NCBI GenBank assembly: GCA_964614835.1
Contig: CAZTNJ010000003.1
Coordinates: 1 to 42,503 of the forward strand
Origin: an uncultured Ignavibacteria bacterium
GTDB lineage: Bacteria; Zixibacteria; MSB-5A5; UBA10806; 4484-95
Direction: 5' to 3'
Length of the DNA stretch: 42,503 nucleotides
The notes under the pieces were generated by a model, which saw only the letters and a list, made by a program, of their open reading frames with translations, had not been told where the DNA came from and made no database searches. Shown piece after piece: positions 1 to 9,257 of this stretch. A program made the position numbers and the translations under genes. Numbering within the stretch: the first letter of the stretch is position 1; each line of letters begins with the position of its first letter.

Positions 1-48
1 ATTTTTATCCCAAAAAATTTTAAAATAAAAACAGCTTTTTAAATTTAA

Positions 49-300
49 ATTACAAACAAATTACCAAACCCATTCAATACTCAAACAGGAATTACCTATT
101 CTCTTACCGAACCATGTAATGTATCTATCGATATATTCGATATCCTCGGCCGCAGGATAGAGACACTCATTGATGAAATGAAACCGGCCGGAAACCATCG
201 GGTATTATGGAATGCCAGCGATCGGATATCTGGAATTTATTTTTATAGAATCAGGGTTGGAGATAGAATCGAAACGAAGAAGATGGTGCTGATGAAGTAG
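49..300 (+). pseudogene. Orphan T9SS (Por) C-terminal sorting domain fragment with no N-terminal body or start codon
   Basis: Frame-1 translation of 49-297 is ITNKLPNPFNTQTGITYSL..VSIDIFDILGRRIETL..HRVLWNASDRISGIYFYRIRVGDRIETKKMVLMK, with stop TAG at 298-300. In-frame TAA codons lie at 40-42 and 46-48. The other two forward frames also contain stops within the first 48 nt. Confidence 0.6.
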
Positions 301-546
301 GCTATATTTTTACGAGCAATTATGGAAAGCGCGGGGCGCCAGTTCATTTAAACACTTCCATGATACCCGTTAATATATCATAACAATAGGAATTAATGAT
401 TTTGCTATGTGGATTTGGGACATGAATGTTAATTAAATATTGCCTATCACCCTATAGCTATTACCATTTATGTTGGCGCGTCAGAGCTAAGGCCCGAACC
501 CATGTGCGCGACTACCATAACCTATTTAAGGACATTGAGTTTAAAC

Positions 547-635
547 CGGAGAGGCTGGGATTCGAACCCAGGGATGAGTTTTACCCCATCAACTGCTTAG
601 CAGGCAGCTGCCTTCGGCCACTCGGCCACCTCTCC
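547..635 (-). tRNA. tRNA-Ser (anticodon GCT), class II with long variable arm
   Basis: Reverse complement reads GGAGAGGTGGCCGAGTGGCCGAAGGCAGCTGCCTGCTAAGCAGTTGATGGGGTAAAACTCATCCCTGGGTTCGAATCCCAGCCTCTCCG. It has a 7-bp acceptor stem GGAGAGG/CCTCTCC, anticodon loop CTGCTAA, a long variable arm, T-arm GGGTTCGAATCCC and discriminator G. CCA is not encoded. Confidence 0.93.
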
Positions 636-646
636 AAGCCATGTCC

Positions 647-675
647 AGTATAACAATCGAATCCGTTTTAAACAA
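647..675 (-). promoter_or_regulatory. Sigma-70-like promoter for tRNA-Ser (TTGTTT-N17-TATACT)
   Basis: On the minus strand, -35 TTGTTT (670-675), a 17-nt spacer, and -10 TATACT (647-652), ending 11 nt before the mature tRNA 5' end. Confidence 0.4.
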
Positions 676-698
676 ATACTTTTTAGCAGGCTAATTAT

Positions 699-726
699 AA
701 AGGCGACAACGGCCATTGTCGCTTTT
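699..726. terminator. Hairpin terminator after the 82-aa gene
   Basis: AAAGGCGACAA-cggcca-TTGTCGCTTTT. The GC core stem is 7 bp, extended by A/T pairs, with A and T runs on either side. It lies 14 nt past the stop of 740-988. Confidence 0.5.
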
Positions 727-739
727 AACGATTAAAAAA

Positions 740-988
740 TTACCAATTTCTGTTACGAGGGTGTTTCTTAGCGGTTCGTTCGTTACCGCGCTTGTAGTTG
801 CCGGTATAACGAGCCATCATTTGCTGACATTCACTATCGGGCAGCCCTTCAATATCTGCCAGGAATTTCTGGGCGGCGAAATCGCGCAAAGTGGTCACAG
901 CCTTGCCGTGACGCCTAATTTGTACCTCGCCGCTTTTTGCCACCCGAAAACTGAATCCAAGATTTCCGGATAAATCGTCATCTACCAT
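740..988 (-). CDS. Small conserved hypothetical protein (82 aa)
   Basis: The ORF has protein-like composition (..GEVQIRRHGKAVTTLRDFAAQKFLADIEGLPDSECQQMMARYTGNYKRGNER..). It sits 18 nt downstream of the TerB gene and is followed by a terminator. The opposite-strand ORF 716-973 looks like a shadow. Confidence 0.6.
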   Translation of the reverse strand: MVDDDLSGNLGFSFRVAKSGEVQIRRHGKAVTTLRDFAAQKFLADIEGLPDSECQQMMARYTGNYKRGNERTAKKHPRNRNW

Positions 989-1006
989 ATAAGCATTCCG
1001 AATTGG

Positions 1007-1477
1007 CTATTTATCTTGGTTCAGACGTTGCATCACCCGCATTTTGGCATCGATAAATTGCTGGTGGGTCAAATTAAGCATTTTCTGGTACTTGTGAACC
1101 AGAAAATCTTCATATGCCGAAAGCTGGCCATCGGAATAGAATACTTCACAGATAAGTTCGATTACGGCGATTTTCTGGGATTCGTTGTAGCTTTTGTTTA
1201 TCATCCGGGCAAACCCGTAAAGGTCGAGGCTGTTTTTGATTTCCTGGCGAGTGATTTCGAACAACTCGTCGATTTGGTTATCATCAAGGCCGAATCGGTC
1301 TTTGAGAATCCCCACGATTCTGGCTTTTTCATCGTTGCTGAAATCATCATCGCTGTTGGCCATCTCAACCAACAGGGCGCAGGTGGCGATTTGCAGGTGG
1401 CGGTTGGTATCATCGGCGGATTTTTTATTATCGACCGCGATATTATCGGCGAAATATTTTTTAAGGGAGGTTAGCAT
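1007..1477 (-). CDS. TerB-family (tellurite-resistance TerB-like / DjlA N-terminal-like) protein
   Basis: Shows the typical TerB pattern, LLVEMANSDDDFSNDEKARIVGILKDRFGLDDNQIDELFE, plus a second repeat ELICEVFYSDGQLSAYEDFLVHK. ATG at 1477 is preferred over the TTG at 1486 used by the ORF track. Confidence 0.8.
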   Translation of the reverse strand: MLTSLKKYFADNIAVDNKKSADDTNRHLQIATCALLVEMANSDDDFSNDEKARIVGILKDRFGLDDNQIDELFEITRQEIKNSLDLYGFARMINKSYNESQKIAVIELICEVFYSDGQLSAYEDFLVHKYQKMLNLTHQQFIDAKMRVMQRLNQDK

Positions 1478-1499
1478 GGGGAACAATCTTGATGAAAGG

Positions 1500-1946
1500 C
1501 TATTGCCCGTTTTTCTTTTTCAACTTTAGCAAAATTTCCAAATCCTGCATATCCTTTGGGCGGCCAGCCGCCTGCTTCATCGTAATCAAATCATCCAGCG
1601 AAGGACAATATACAGGTATACCTTCTATTTGGTTCTGATTCTTGTTTTCCCATACCTTTTCAAATGTAACACCGGTTACAAATGGGTGAATATCCGTTTC
1701 AAGTTCATATTGGCGAATCAATATTTTCTTTTTTACCAATTCATCCAGAGTAATCTCCGTTAGATCGTAGCCGAATTTGGTAAGGGCCAATATAGTATTT
1801 CGAGCATTCTCGATAGTCGGTTCGATAAAAATATCGATATCCATTGTTGCGCGTGAATACCCGTACAAGGGAAAAGCGTATGCTCCTATTACCAGATAAC
1901 GAACTTTATGTTCGTTTAATAATCTCAAAAGGCTTTTTATGTCCAT
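1500..1946 (-). CDS. Nucleotidyltransferase-fold protein (minimal NTase, toxin-antitoxin-like family)
   Basis: N-terminus LLNEHKVRYLVIGAYAFPLYGYSRATMDIDIFIEP (G..A...G..R.T.DID motif) and C-terminus LDDLITMKQAAGRPKDMQDLEIL. Overlaps the upstream small ORF by 41 nt. Confidence 0.8.
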   Translation of the reverse strand: MDIKSLLRLLNEHKVRYLVIGAYAFPLYGYSRATMDIDIFIEPTIENARNTILALTKFGYDLTEITLDELVKKKILIRQYELETDIHPFVTGVTFEKVWENKNQNQIEGIPVYCPSLDDLITMKQAAGRPKDMQDLEILLKLKKKNGQ

Positions 1947-2088
1947 GGTCTATCATCATTCTCATAATTGTTTTACTGGCCGCAATCATCATCTTATAAC
2001 GCTGTTCAACAGTCAATGTCGCCTGATATTCTAACTCTAATTCAAGCTCATCGACTTTATCATCCGGGCCGATTTTGTAAATTGGCAT
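1906..2088 (-). CDS. Small partner protein of the NTase (60 aa, putative cognate/antitoxin-like component)
   Basis: Same strand as the NTase gene and overlaps it. ATG start. No motif recognised. Confidence 0.5.
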   Translation of the reverse strand: MPIYKIGPDDKVDELELELEYQATLTVEQRYKMMIAASKTIMRMMIDHGHKKPFEIIKRT

Positions 2089-2222
2089 TAGATTCGATAA
2101 GTTAGTGTTTTCTTATTACTTATTCACGGTAGATTAAGGTTATTTTGAAATTTTACTGTTTTTTGGAACTTTTTCCTAATTAATTCGTTAATTAAGTCGA
2201 AAAAATACTTGACAGAAAAGCT

Positions 2223-2263
2223 TTCCATTGTTAGGTTTTACTTAGTAAAACCTAACAATGGAA
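2223..2263. repeat. Perfect 19-bp inverted repeat with 3-nt loop
   Basis: TTCCATTGTTAGGTTTTAC-tta-GTAAAACCTAACAATGGAA. Every position from 2223 to 2263 was paired by hand. Confidence 0.9.
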
Positions 2264-2268
2264 TTGAT

Positions 2269-2323
2269 AAAGGATTGGTGTATCACCTAATAGGCGATAC
2301 CGCGGGGAAACCGCCAATCCTTT
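2269..2323 (-). other. Roughly 55-nt nested stem-loop element abutting the DUF3800 stop codon (terminator or structured RNA)
   Basis: A 10-bp closing stem AAAGGATTGG (2269-2278) / CCAATCCTTT (2314-2323) encloses an inner hairpin TATCACCT-aat-AGGCGATA (one mismatch) and a CCGCGG palindrome. It begins 1 nt after the TAA at 2325-2327. Confidence 0.45.
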
Positions 2324-2324
2324 C

Positions 2325-3080
2325 TTATTTATCTTCATCCATATCATTATCATCCATTATTCCCTGCTGACTTTTCAGTAATTTTATCCCATATTTAGTA
2401 TATTCATTTTCTTCGTCTTGATGAGAAAACTGAAATTCTTTAATCTGATCATAAAACGGCTTTAATTCGTTTCGATGTGCAAACTTATGCCCCACTATAT
2501 ATGCAATTAAGTCAGCTAGTTGAATCCCATAACATATGTTAGAGCTTACAAAATATGGCTCTGGAACTATCTGATTTAAAGAAAAACCTTTTTTTGATTT
2601 ATGGAAAAATCCACCGATTTGTTTAGATAATATTTCATTTTTTCTCATATCTTGAGAATCAAATATTAATATTCCCTTTTCATTTTCATTTATTTGGGAA
2701 CAACAAATATTAATCCTTTCAAATAAGTATATATAGCCTCTCGGTAATAAATATTCTTCTGCTGCGTCAATTTGTTCTTGGGTAGGTCTTTCTTCTATTA
2801 TTGCAAATGCGATGCCATTTTGCTGTCTACACAACCTAAGTATTTCGTTCGCGTAATCAGTATTTTTAGGATGTTTAATAGCCCTTGGATTTAATAGTAA
2901 TTGCCCTTTCAATTCAAATGAATAAGCTTCGTCGGCCTTCCAATAAATCTGATTTAAATTATAAATGCTCCTCGCCAAGGCCCTTAATATTTCTTCCTGA
3001 AAAGCTATGGCGGCAATTACGAAATATTCATTAGGATCATTTGGATTATAAGACCCGCTTTGATCTATATAAAAAATCAT
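2325..3080 (-). CDS. DUF3800 domain protein
   Basis: N-terminus MIFYIDQSGS and C-terminal GIQLADLIAYIVGHKF are typical DUF3800 signatures. GGAGG lies 8 nt upstream of the ATG at 3080, while the ORF track starts at a TTG at 3095. The gene is strongly AT-rich. Confidence 0.8.
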   Translation of the reverse strand: MIFYIDQSGSYNPNDPNEYFVIAAIAFQEEILRALARSIYNLNQIYWKADEAYSFELKGQLLLNPRAIKHPKNTDYANEILRLCRQQNGIAFAIIEERPTQEQIDAAEEYLLPRGYIYLFERINICCSQINENEKGILIFDSQDMRKNEILSKQIGGFFHKSKKGFSLNQIVPEPYFVSSNICYGIQLADLIAYIVGHKFAHRNELKPFYDQIKEFQFSHQDEENEYTKYGIKLLKSQQGIMDDNDMDEDK

Positions 3081-3139
3081 AAAACATTCCTCCAAAATTA
3101 TTGTTTATAATTTTCTCGATCATTTCATTATCAATAATC

Positions 3140-3162
3140 AGGGCACAATTTATCGTGCCCCT
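3140..3162 (-). terminator. Hairpin downstream of gyrB
   Basis: On the minus strand, GGGGCAC-gataaatt-GTGCCCT followed by GATTATTG, 13 nt after the gyrB stop. Confidence 0.4.
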
Positions 3163-3174
3163 ACGCGATTCTAT

Positions 3175-5151
<1,977 letters not shown>

Positions 5152-5442
5152 CTACATAAAATAGATATCGTTTATTTTCCCTTCGCCGATCCGGGCGGCA
5201 ATTTTTTTAAGGATTTCTTCTTTGAAAAAAACCAGTTCATTGCGCCAGGAGGCGTTAACTACTTTCACTTTTATTATATCTTTTTCAACTCTGACAGCGG
5301 TTGTTTTTTGGGCAAGAATATCTCCGACGATTTCAGGCCAATACGCCACCGCCATCTGTTTTTCGACTTTTTCGGCGATGCCAACCGATTTCAGCGATTG
5401 GCGAATCAAGTCGCCGATTTTAAAAGAATTATCTACACCCAT
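5152..5442 (-). CDS. DUF721 (DciA-like) protein
   Basis: KIGDLIRQSLKSVGIAEKVEKQMAVAYWPEIVG...VKVVNASWRNELVFFKEEILKKI matches the DUF721 pattern. It sits 18 nt upstream of gyrB, the usual position. Start taken at MGVDNS (5442), but an upstream ATG at 5475 is possible. Confidence 0.85.
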   Translation of the reverse strand: MGVDNSFKIGDLIRQSLKSVGIAEKVEKQMAVAYWPEIVGDILAQKTTAVRVEKDIIKVKVVNASWRNELVFFKEEILKKIAARIGEGKINDIYFM

Positions 5443-5486
5443 AAAATACTCTAAATGGAAAAAACCCCTTTCCATTTAGAACTAAT

Positions 5487-5515
5487 ATTATATCAAAATG
5501 AATTTAAAATTGCAA
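5487..5515 (-). promoter_or_regulatory. Near-consensus sigma-70 promoter for DUF721-gyrB
   Basis: On the minus strand, TTGCAA (5510-5515), a 17-nt spacer, and an extended -10 TGaTATAAT (-10 hexamer 5487-5492). Confidence 0.5.
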
Positions 5516-5628
5516 GCAATTGCTTCAAATAAAACGCCATTTATCTTTATGAAAGGCAAAGGATTAGGTCGGCATCCGGGATTGGTCTTCTAAATTTCGT
5601 TTGCTTTTTAAGGGCTCGATTTTGGGAT

Positions 5629-6780
5629 TTAGCAATACGATATAATCCGCCACTCTCCTAGTTTGTTAATTGCTTCAATTTCAGATTTATCCCGAACGAT
5701 TACCAGTAAATCCGATATTGAAAATCGCGATAAATCGATATCGTTTAAATGACGCCATTCGTTTTCGGGTCGCCATTCGCCCCCATTTTCGCCTTCGTTT
5801 TGGAAAAATGGTTTATCAGAATCGGCCAATCTTCTATATAATGATAACGGCCCATAGATCACCGGTCGAATTCCCGATGCCGCCGCCACTTGCCGCGTGA
5901 CCGCGATACCATACGGTTCGAAATTATAACGCACATATCTTTTCCGCCACGACATCAGAGACAACATATCTTTAGGGTGAAGGTTCGAGAAAGCCACTGC
6001 CTTTTGATTCTCTCGAATATTCCCGGAGGACGCATATATTCGTTTTGTTCGCAGGATATTGATTAATGAACCCAGGCCGCTATTTGGATATATGTCGGAT
6101 TCGGCGATATTGCGATAATAATCGCCGCGACTTTGCCCGGGCCAGGGACCATTTAGAGTATGAGTCCAATGGCAGATATGATCCCAATTGATATCAATCA
6201 ATTGTTGGCTTATAGTATCGGATTCGGGTGGAACGATTCGTTCGCTGGATTGTTTGAAATAGTTCGTTTTTAACTCATTGATGATTTCTTTGTTGGGGTG
6301 ACTGGCTATCAGTTTTTCCAGATTTCCGCCCGGGCGAATCGCTATCGGAATTAGAACATCGGCAATGTCAATAGCCAGCATGTCTCGTTTCGGCCATTCG
6401 GATTTCGGAGAGCGAGATTTAATAGTTGATTCATAGAAAAGCCAACCCGTTCTCTCGGGATTCAAGTTGAAATCGGTCGTTATTTCATCAATTTGGTTTT
6501 GGACAATGCGATCAGTATTTGATGGGCAGACAATAACTTGTCGGGCATCGGCCTTGGCGGCCGCCCAGATAGCCATCTCCCAGGTATTCATACCGACACT
6601 TGTTATGACTGTCCAATTGTGTCCAGCGGCATATTGGGCCGCCCGTATTGTATTTTGAACCCATTTATCTTTGCCGCAGGGGATTTTTCCTTGCCGGGAA
6701 TTGAGGATAACGGCGAGGGGAGATGCATCTATGCCAAATACCCCAATATATTTTATGTCCGATTTTTCGCGAAAACCCAT
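5629..6780 (-). CDS. Fusion protein: N-terminal DprA/Smf-like SLOG Rossmann domain plus C-terminal AbiGi-like domain
   Basis: The N-terminus parallels DprA: ..ILNSRQGK..GHNWTVITSVGMNTWEMAIWAAAKADARQVIVCP..WPKRDMLAIDIADVLIPIAIRPGGNLEKLI. The C-terminus parallels AbiGi-type proteins: CHWTHTL..LGSLINILRTKRIYASS..KAVAFSNL..FEPYGIAVTRQVAAASGIRPVIYGP..ENEWRHLNDIDL. ATG at 6780; the track uses a TTG at 6792. Confidence 0.75.
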   Translation of the reverse strand: MGFREKSDIKYIGVFGIDASPLAVILNSRQGKIPCGKDKWVQNTIRAAQYAAGHNWTVITSVGMNTWEMAIWAAAKADARQVIVCPSNTDRIVQNQIDEITTDFNLNPERTGWLFYESTIKSRSPKSEWPKRDMLAIDIADVLIPIAIRPGGNLEKLIASHPNKEIINELKTNYFKQSSERIVPPESDTISQQLIDINWDHICHWTHTLNGPWPGQSRGDYYRNIAESDIYPNSGLGSLINILRTKRIYASSGNIRENQKAVAFSNLHPKDMLSLMSWRKRYVRYNFEPYGIAVTRQVAAASGIRPVIYGPLSLYRRLADSDKPFFQNEGENGGEWRPENEWRHLNDIDLSRFSISDLLVIVRDKSEIEAINKLGEWRIISYC

Positions 6781-6944
6781 TAACAAGCTCAAATCTTAAA
6801 CTATTTGTTCGCGGACTTGCTTTACCCGTTTATTAGCATAATATAGCATCACTCGCGAGAAATCAATTGCCAATCATTCTCTTATTGACAACATAAAGCG
6901 TTTTAGATAATTTCACAGTCAATCTTATAGAAGGAATTGACGAA

Positions 6945-7688
6945 ATGAAATACGCGCTTTTATTCTGCCTGGTTCTTGTATCATTTACCGGCCTGATGGC
7001 CGACTCACTTTCGGAGGCAATCTATCGGGGAGATTCATTATACGCGCTTAACGACTATCCGGGCTCGATTAATGCCTATGAAAACGCCATCGCCGCCGAT
7101 ACACTTTCGGCGGAGGCCAACTGGAAACTGGCTCGAAGCCTGAATCTTCAGGCCGAACTTGAGCCAAAAGACAAGCAATTGGCGCTTTACGAAAAAGCGG
7201 CGCTTGCCTCCCAAAGGTGTATCGAGCAAGATTCGATGTTGGCCGAGGGGCATTTCCAATTGGCAAGGGCGCAGGGCAGAGTCGCTTTGTTTAAAGGGGT
7301 ATTTAAAAGCGCTTCGTTGGCCAAGCAGGTCAAAAGAGAGGCCGATAAAACGCTGTCGCTTGATCCAAAACATGATGGGGCATATCATATTCTTGGAAGA
7401 TGGAATCGGGAAGTTGCCCAAAAACCGAAATTTCTACGCTCGGCAATCGGTTTGGGGGAAGCCGACAAGAAAATCGGTCTGGAATGTTTCAGGAAGGCGA
7501 TAGAATTAAACCCCGAATATATCAACCATCATTTAGAATATGGCATTTCACTGGCGGATATAAACCAAAAAGATGAGGCGCGAACCGAATTCGAGGCCTG
7601 CCTTAAACTGCCGGCGCCCCGGCCACTGGATGTTAAGTACCAGAATGAAGCAAAAGAATATCTTGCCAGACTAACCCAAAAGGATTAA
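6945..7688 (+). CDS. Secreted TPR-repeat protein
   Basis: Signal peptide MKYALLFCLVLVSFTGLMA. TPR-like helices, for example AIELNPEYINHHLEYGISLADINQKDEARTEFEACLKL. Confidence 0.8.
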   Translation: MKYALLFCLVLVSFTGLMADSLSEAIYRGDSLYALNDYPGSINAYENAIAADTLSAEANWKLARSLNLQAELEPKDKQLALYEKAALASQRCIEQDSMLAEGHFQLARAQGRVALFKGVFKSASLAKQVKREADKTLSLDPKHDGAYHILGRWNREVAQKPKFLRSAIGLGEADKKIGLECFRKAIELNPEYINHHLEYGISLADINQKDEARTEFEACLKLPAPRPLDVKYQNEAKEYLARLTQKD

Positions 7689-7784
7689 CTTGGAATTCGC
7701 TGATTGATGGTGATTTGCGGTGGCAGCGATTTTGGGTATGTTTAAGAGAAAATGAATTAACACAAAACATATCAGGAGAATGGA

Positions 7785-9242
7785 ATGGTGAAAAAAATCC
7801 GATTGTGCTTTGTGCCGGGAATTGTTTTTCTGGCGATTTCACTGATTACGGTTTCAGCGTTTGGCGGCGGTATGGCCCTGTCCGGTATTGGCGCCAAGGC
7901 TATCAGTATGGGAGGGGCTTTCCGCGGTTTGGCCGATGATTGGACGGCGGCCTATTGGAACCCGGCCGGTCTGGCCCAATTAGAAAATTCAGAGCTGGGC
8001 ATTTCGTTAAGCGTTCTTTCGCCGCGCCCGGAAGTTCTTCCAAACGTCACTTACAACGGGTATGAAGTGGGCTATAGAAATGGGCTTACACGTTACAATA
8101 ACGATAAAGACTATCTCGTTCCGAATTTGGCCGGAATATTTCAAGTGCCGGCGCCATTCGACATCAAGGCTGGCATCGCGGTTTACGTACCATACGCCTT
8201 AGGAAGCGAATGGGACCTTTTCGACCCGATTTACTCTGACATTGTGCAAGAGTATCCTTACTGGGATCATAAGGCCGAGTTGCGCGTGGTCGATATTCAC
8301 CCGACATTCGCGAAAGCTTTCATGGAAAAGAAGCTGATGGCCGGATTCGGAATATCCATGATGAAAGGGACGATCGATTTCCGGAAAGCATACTTGACAG
8401 CAACGCCGTTCCCAAGACCGCACGACAATATCGTTATCGATGCGCAGATGCATGGCGAAGGTTGGGGATACGGGGCGAATTTTGGAATCCTTTATAAGCT
8501 TTCCAAAAAACTTCAGGTTGGTATTTCCGGTAAAACTCCCACAACTATTAAATTCGATGAGGGCGATCTCAAGTATGCCATGTATGGCATAAATAATCCC
8601 GCTCTTAAAGAAGAATTACTCGGCCAAGCTGCCAGCCACGCTGATTCTGTAAAGATTAATTTCCTGTTCCCCGATAATGGCCGGGCTACCGGCTGGGAAA
8701 GAGACGCTCATGGCGACCTCAAACTTCCGGCGGATGTGGGAATTGGTTTCGCATATGATGTTAATACCAAGCTCAAACTTACCTGCGATTTAACTTATAC
8801 CCTCTGGGACAGGCTCGATTCAATCGTCATTAAAGTCGATGGTACCCAGTCCCCAATCGACACCAGCGCTGCCAATGACGTAGTAATTCGCACCGCGTAT
8901 GATAATATTTTCCGGTTCAGTATCGGGAGCCAGTATAAAATCAGCGAACCTTTAACTTTACGGGCTGGATTCTACTATGATCCTTCGCCGATACCCGACA
9001 AATATTTCACGCCATTAATCACGGATGTCGGCACAAAGTATAGCGGCAACTTTGGATTCGCTTATAAACTTAGAGGTGGTTGGGAAGCGGCTTACACGCT
9101 CGAATATGTCCACTTCGCCAAACGCGATGTTACCGAGCACACGCTTACCGAATCATCATCCGGCGTAAGCAGCGATAACTACCCTGGCACATACAAAGAA
9201 CACTTTGTTGCCAGTTTCATTTCATTCATTCACAGCTTTTAA
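7785..9242 (+). CDS. Outer-membrane transport protein, FadL/OmpP1/TodX family
   Basis: Signal peptide followed by GIGAKAISMGGAFRGLADDWTAAYWNPAGLAQL, the N-terminal hatch motif of the family. Alternating beta-strand pattern and a C-terminal aromatic residue (..IHSF). AGGAG lies 6 nt before the ATG. Confidence 0.9.
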   Translation: MVKKIRLCFVPGIVFLAISLITVSAFGGGMALSGIGAKAISMGGAFRGLADDWTAAYWNPAGLAQLENSELGISLSVLSPRPEVLPNVTYNGYEVGYRNGLTRYNNDKDYLVPNLAGIFQVPAPFDIKAGIAVYVPYALGSEWDLFDPIYSDIVQEYPYWDHKAELRVVDIHPTFAKAFMEKKLMAGFGISMMKGTIDFRKAYLTATPFPRPHDNIVIDAQMHGEGWGYGANFGILYKLSKKLQVGISGKTPTTIKFDEGDLKYAMYGINNPALKEELLGQAASHADSVKINFLFPDNGRATGWERDAHGDLKLPADVGIGFAYDVNTKLKLTCDLTYTLWDRLDSIVIKVDGTQSPIDTSAANDVVIRTAYDNIFRFSIGSQYKISEPLTLRAGFYYDPSPIPDKYFTPLITDVGTKYSGNFGFAYKLRGGWEAAYTLEYVHFAKRDVTEHTLTESSSGVSSDNYPGTYKEHFVASFISFIHSF

Positions 9243-9257
9243 CCGGGGAGGTCATAG

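Noticed and set aside
470-520. GGGTTCGGGCC...GCGCCA segment (minus strand) that superficially resembles a tRNA T-arm and CCA end.
   Set aside because: I could not fold an acceptor stem, a 5-bp T-stem or an anticodon arm. It is not a tRNA or a tmRNA tail.
426-653. 75-aa ORF in the track.
   Set aside because: Its 3' half is the reverse complement of a textbook tRNA-Ser(GCT). The remainder is AT-rich intergenic sequence, so this is a shadow ORF.
716-1474. Plus-strand ORFs 716-973 and 1016-1474 (and 1236-1529).
   Set aside because: They are antisense shadows of the 82-aa gene and the TerB gene. The minus-strand products have recognisable domain patterns, while the plus-strand ones are low-complexity. 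The same reasoning was applied to the many internal antisense ORFs inside gyrB, the kinase, gatE, glnA and others.
2223-2263. The 19-bp palindrome contains GTTAGGT and ACCTAAC, which fit the integron attC core (GTTRRRY) and inverse core (RYYYAAC).
   Set aside because: The order is inverted relative to a real attC, where RYYYAAC is 5' and GTTRRRY is 3'. The stem is perfect with no extrahelical bases, the loop is 3 nt, and no intI or attI is present. The match is expected by chance in an AT-rich palindrome.
547-3100. tRNA-Ser as the integration site of the accessory genes at 740-3095.
   Set aside because: These genes lie on the 5' side of the tRNA, whereas integrative elements normally target the 3' end. 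I saw no direct repeat of the tRNA 3' segment and no integrase. TerB and the 82-aa gene also have native-like GC.
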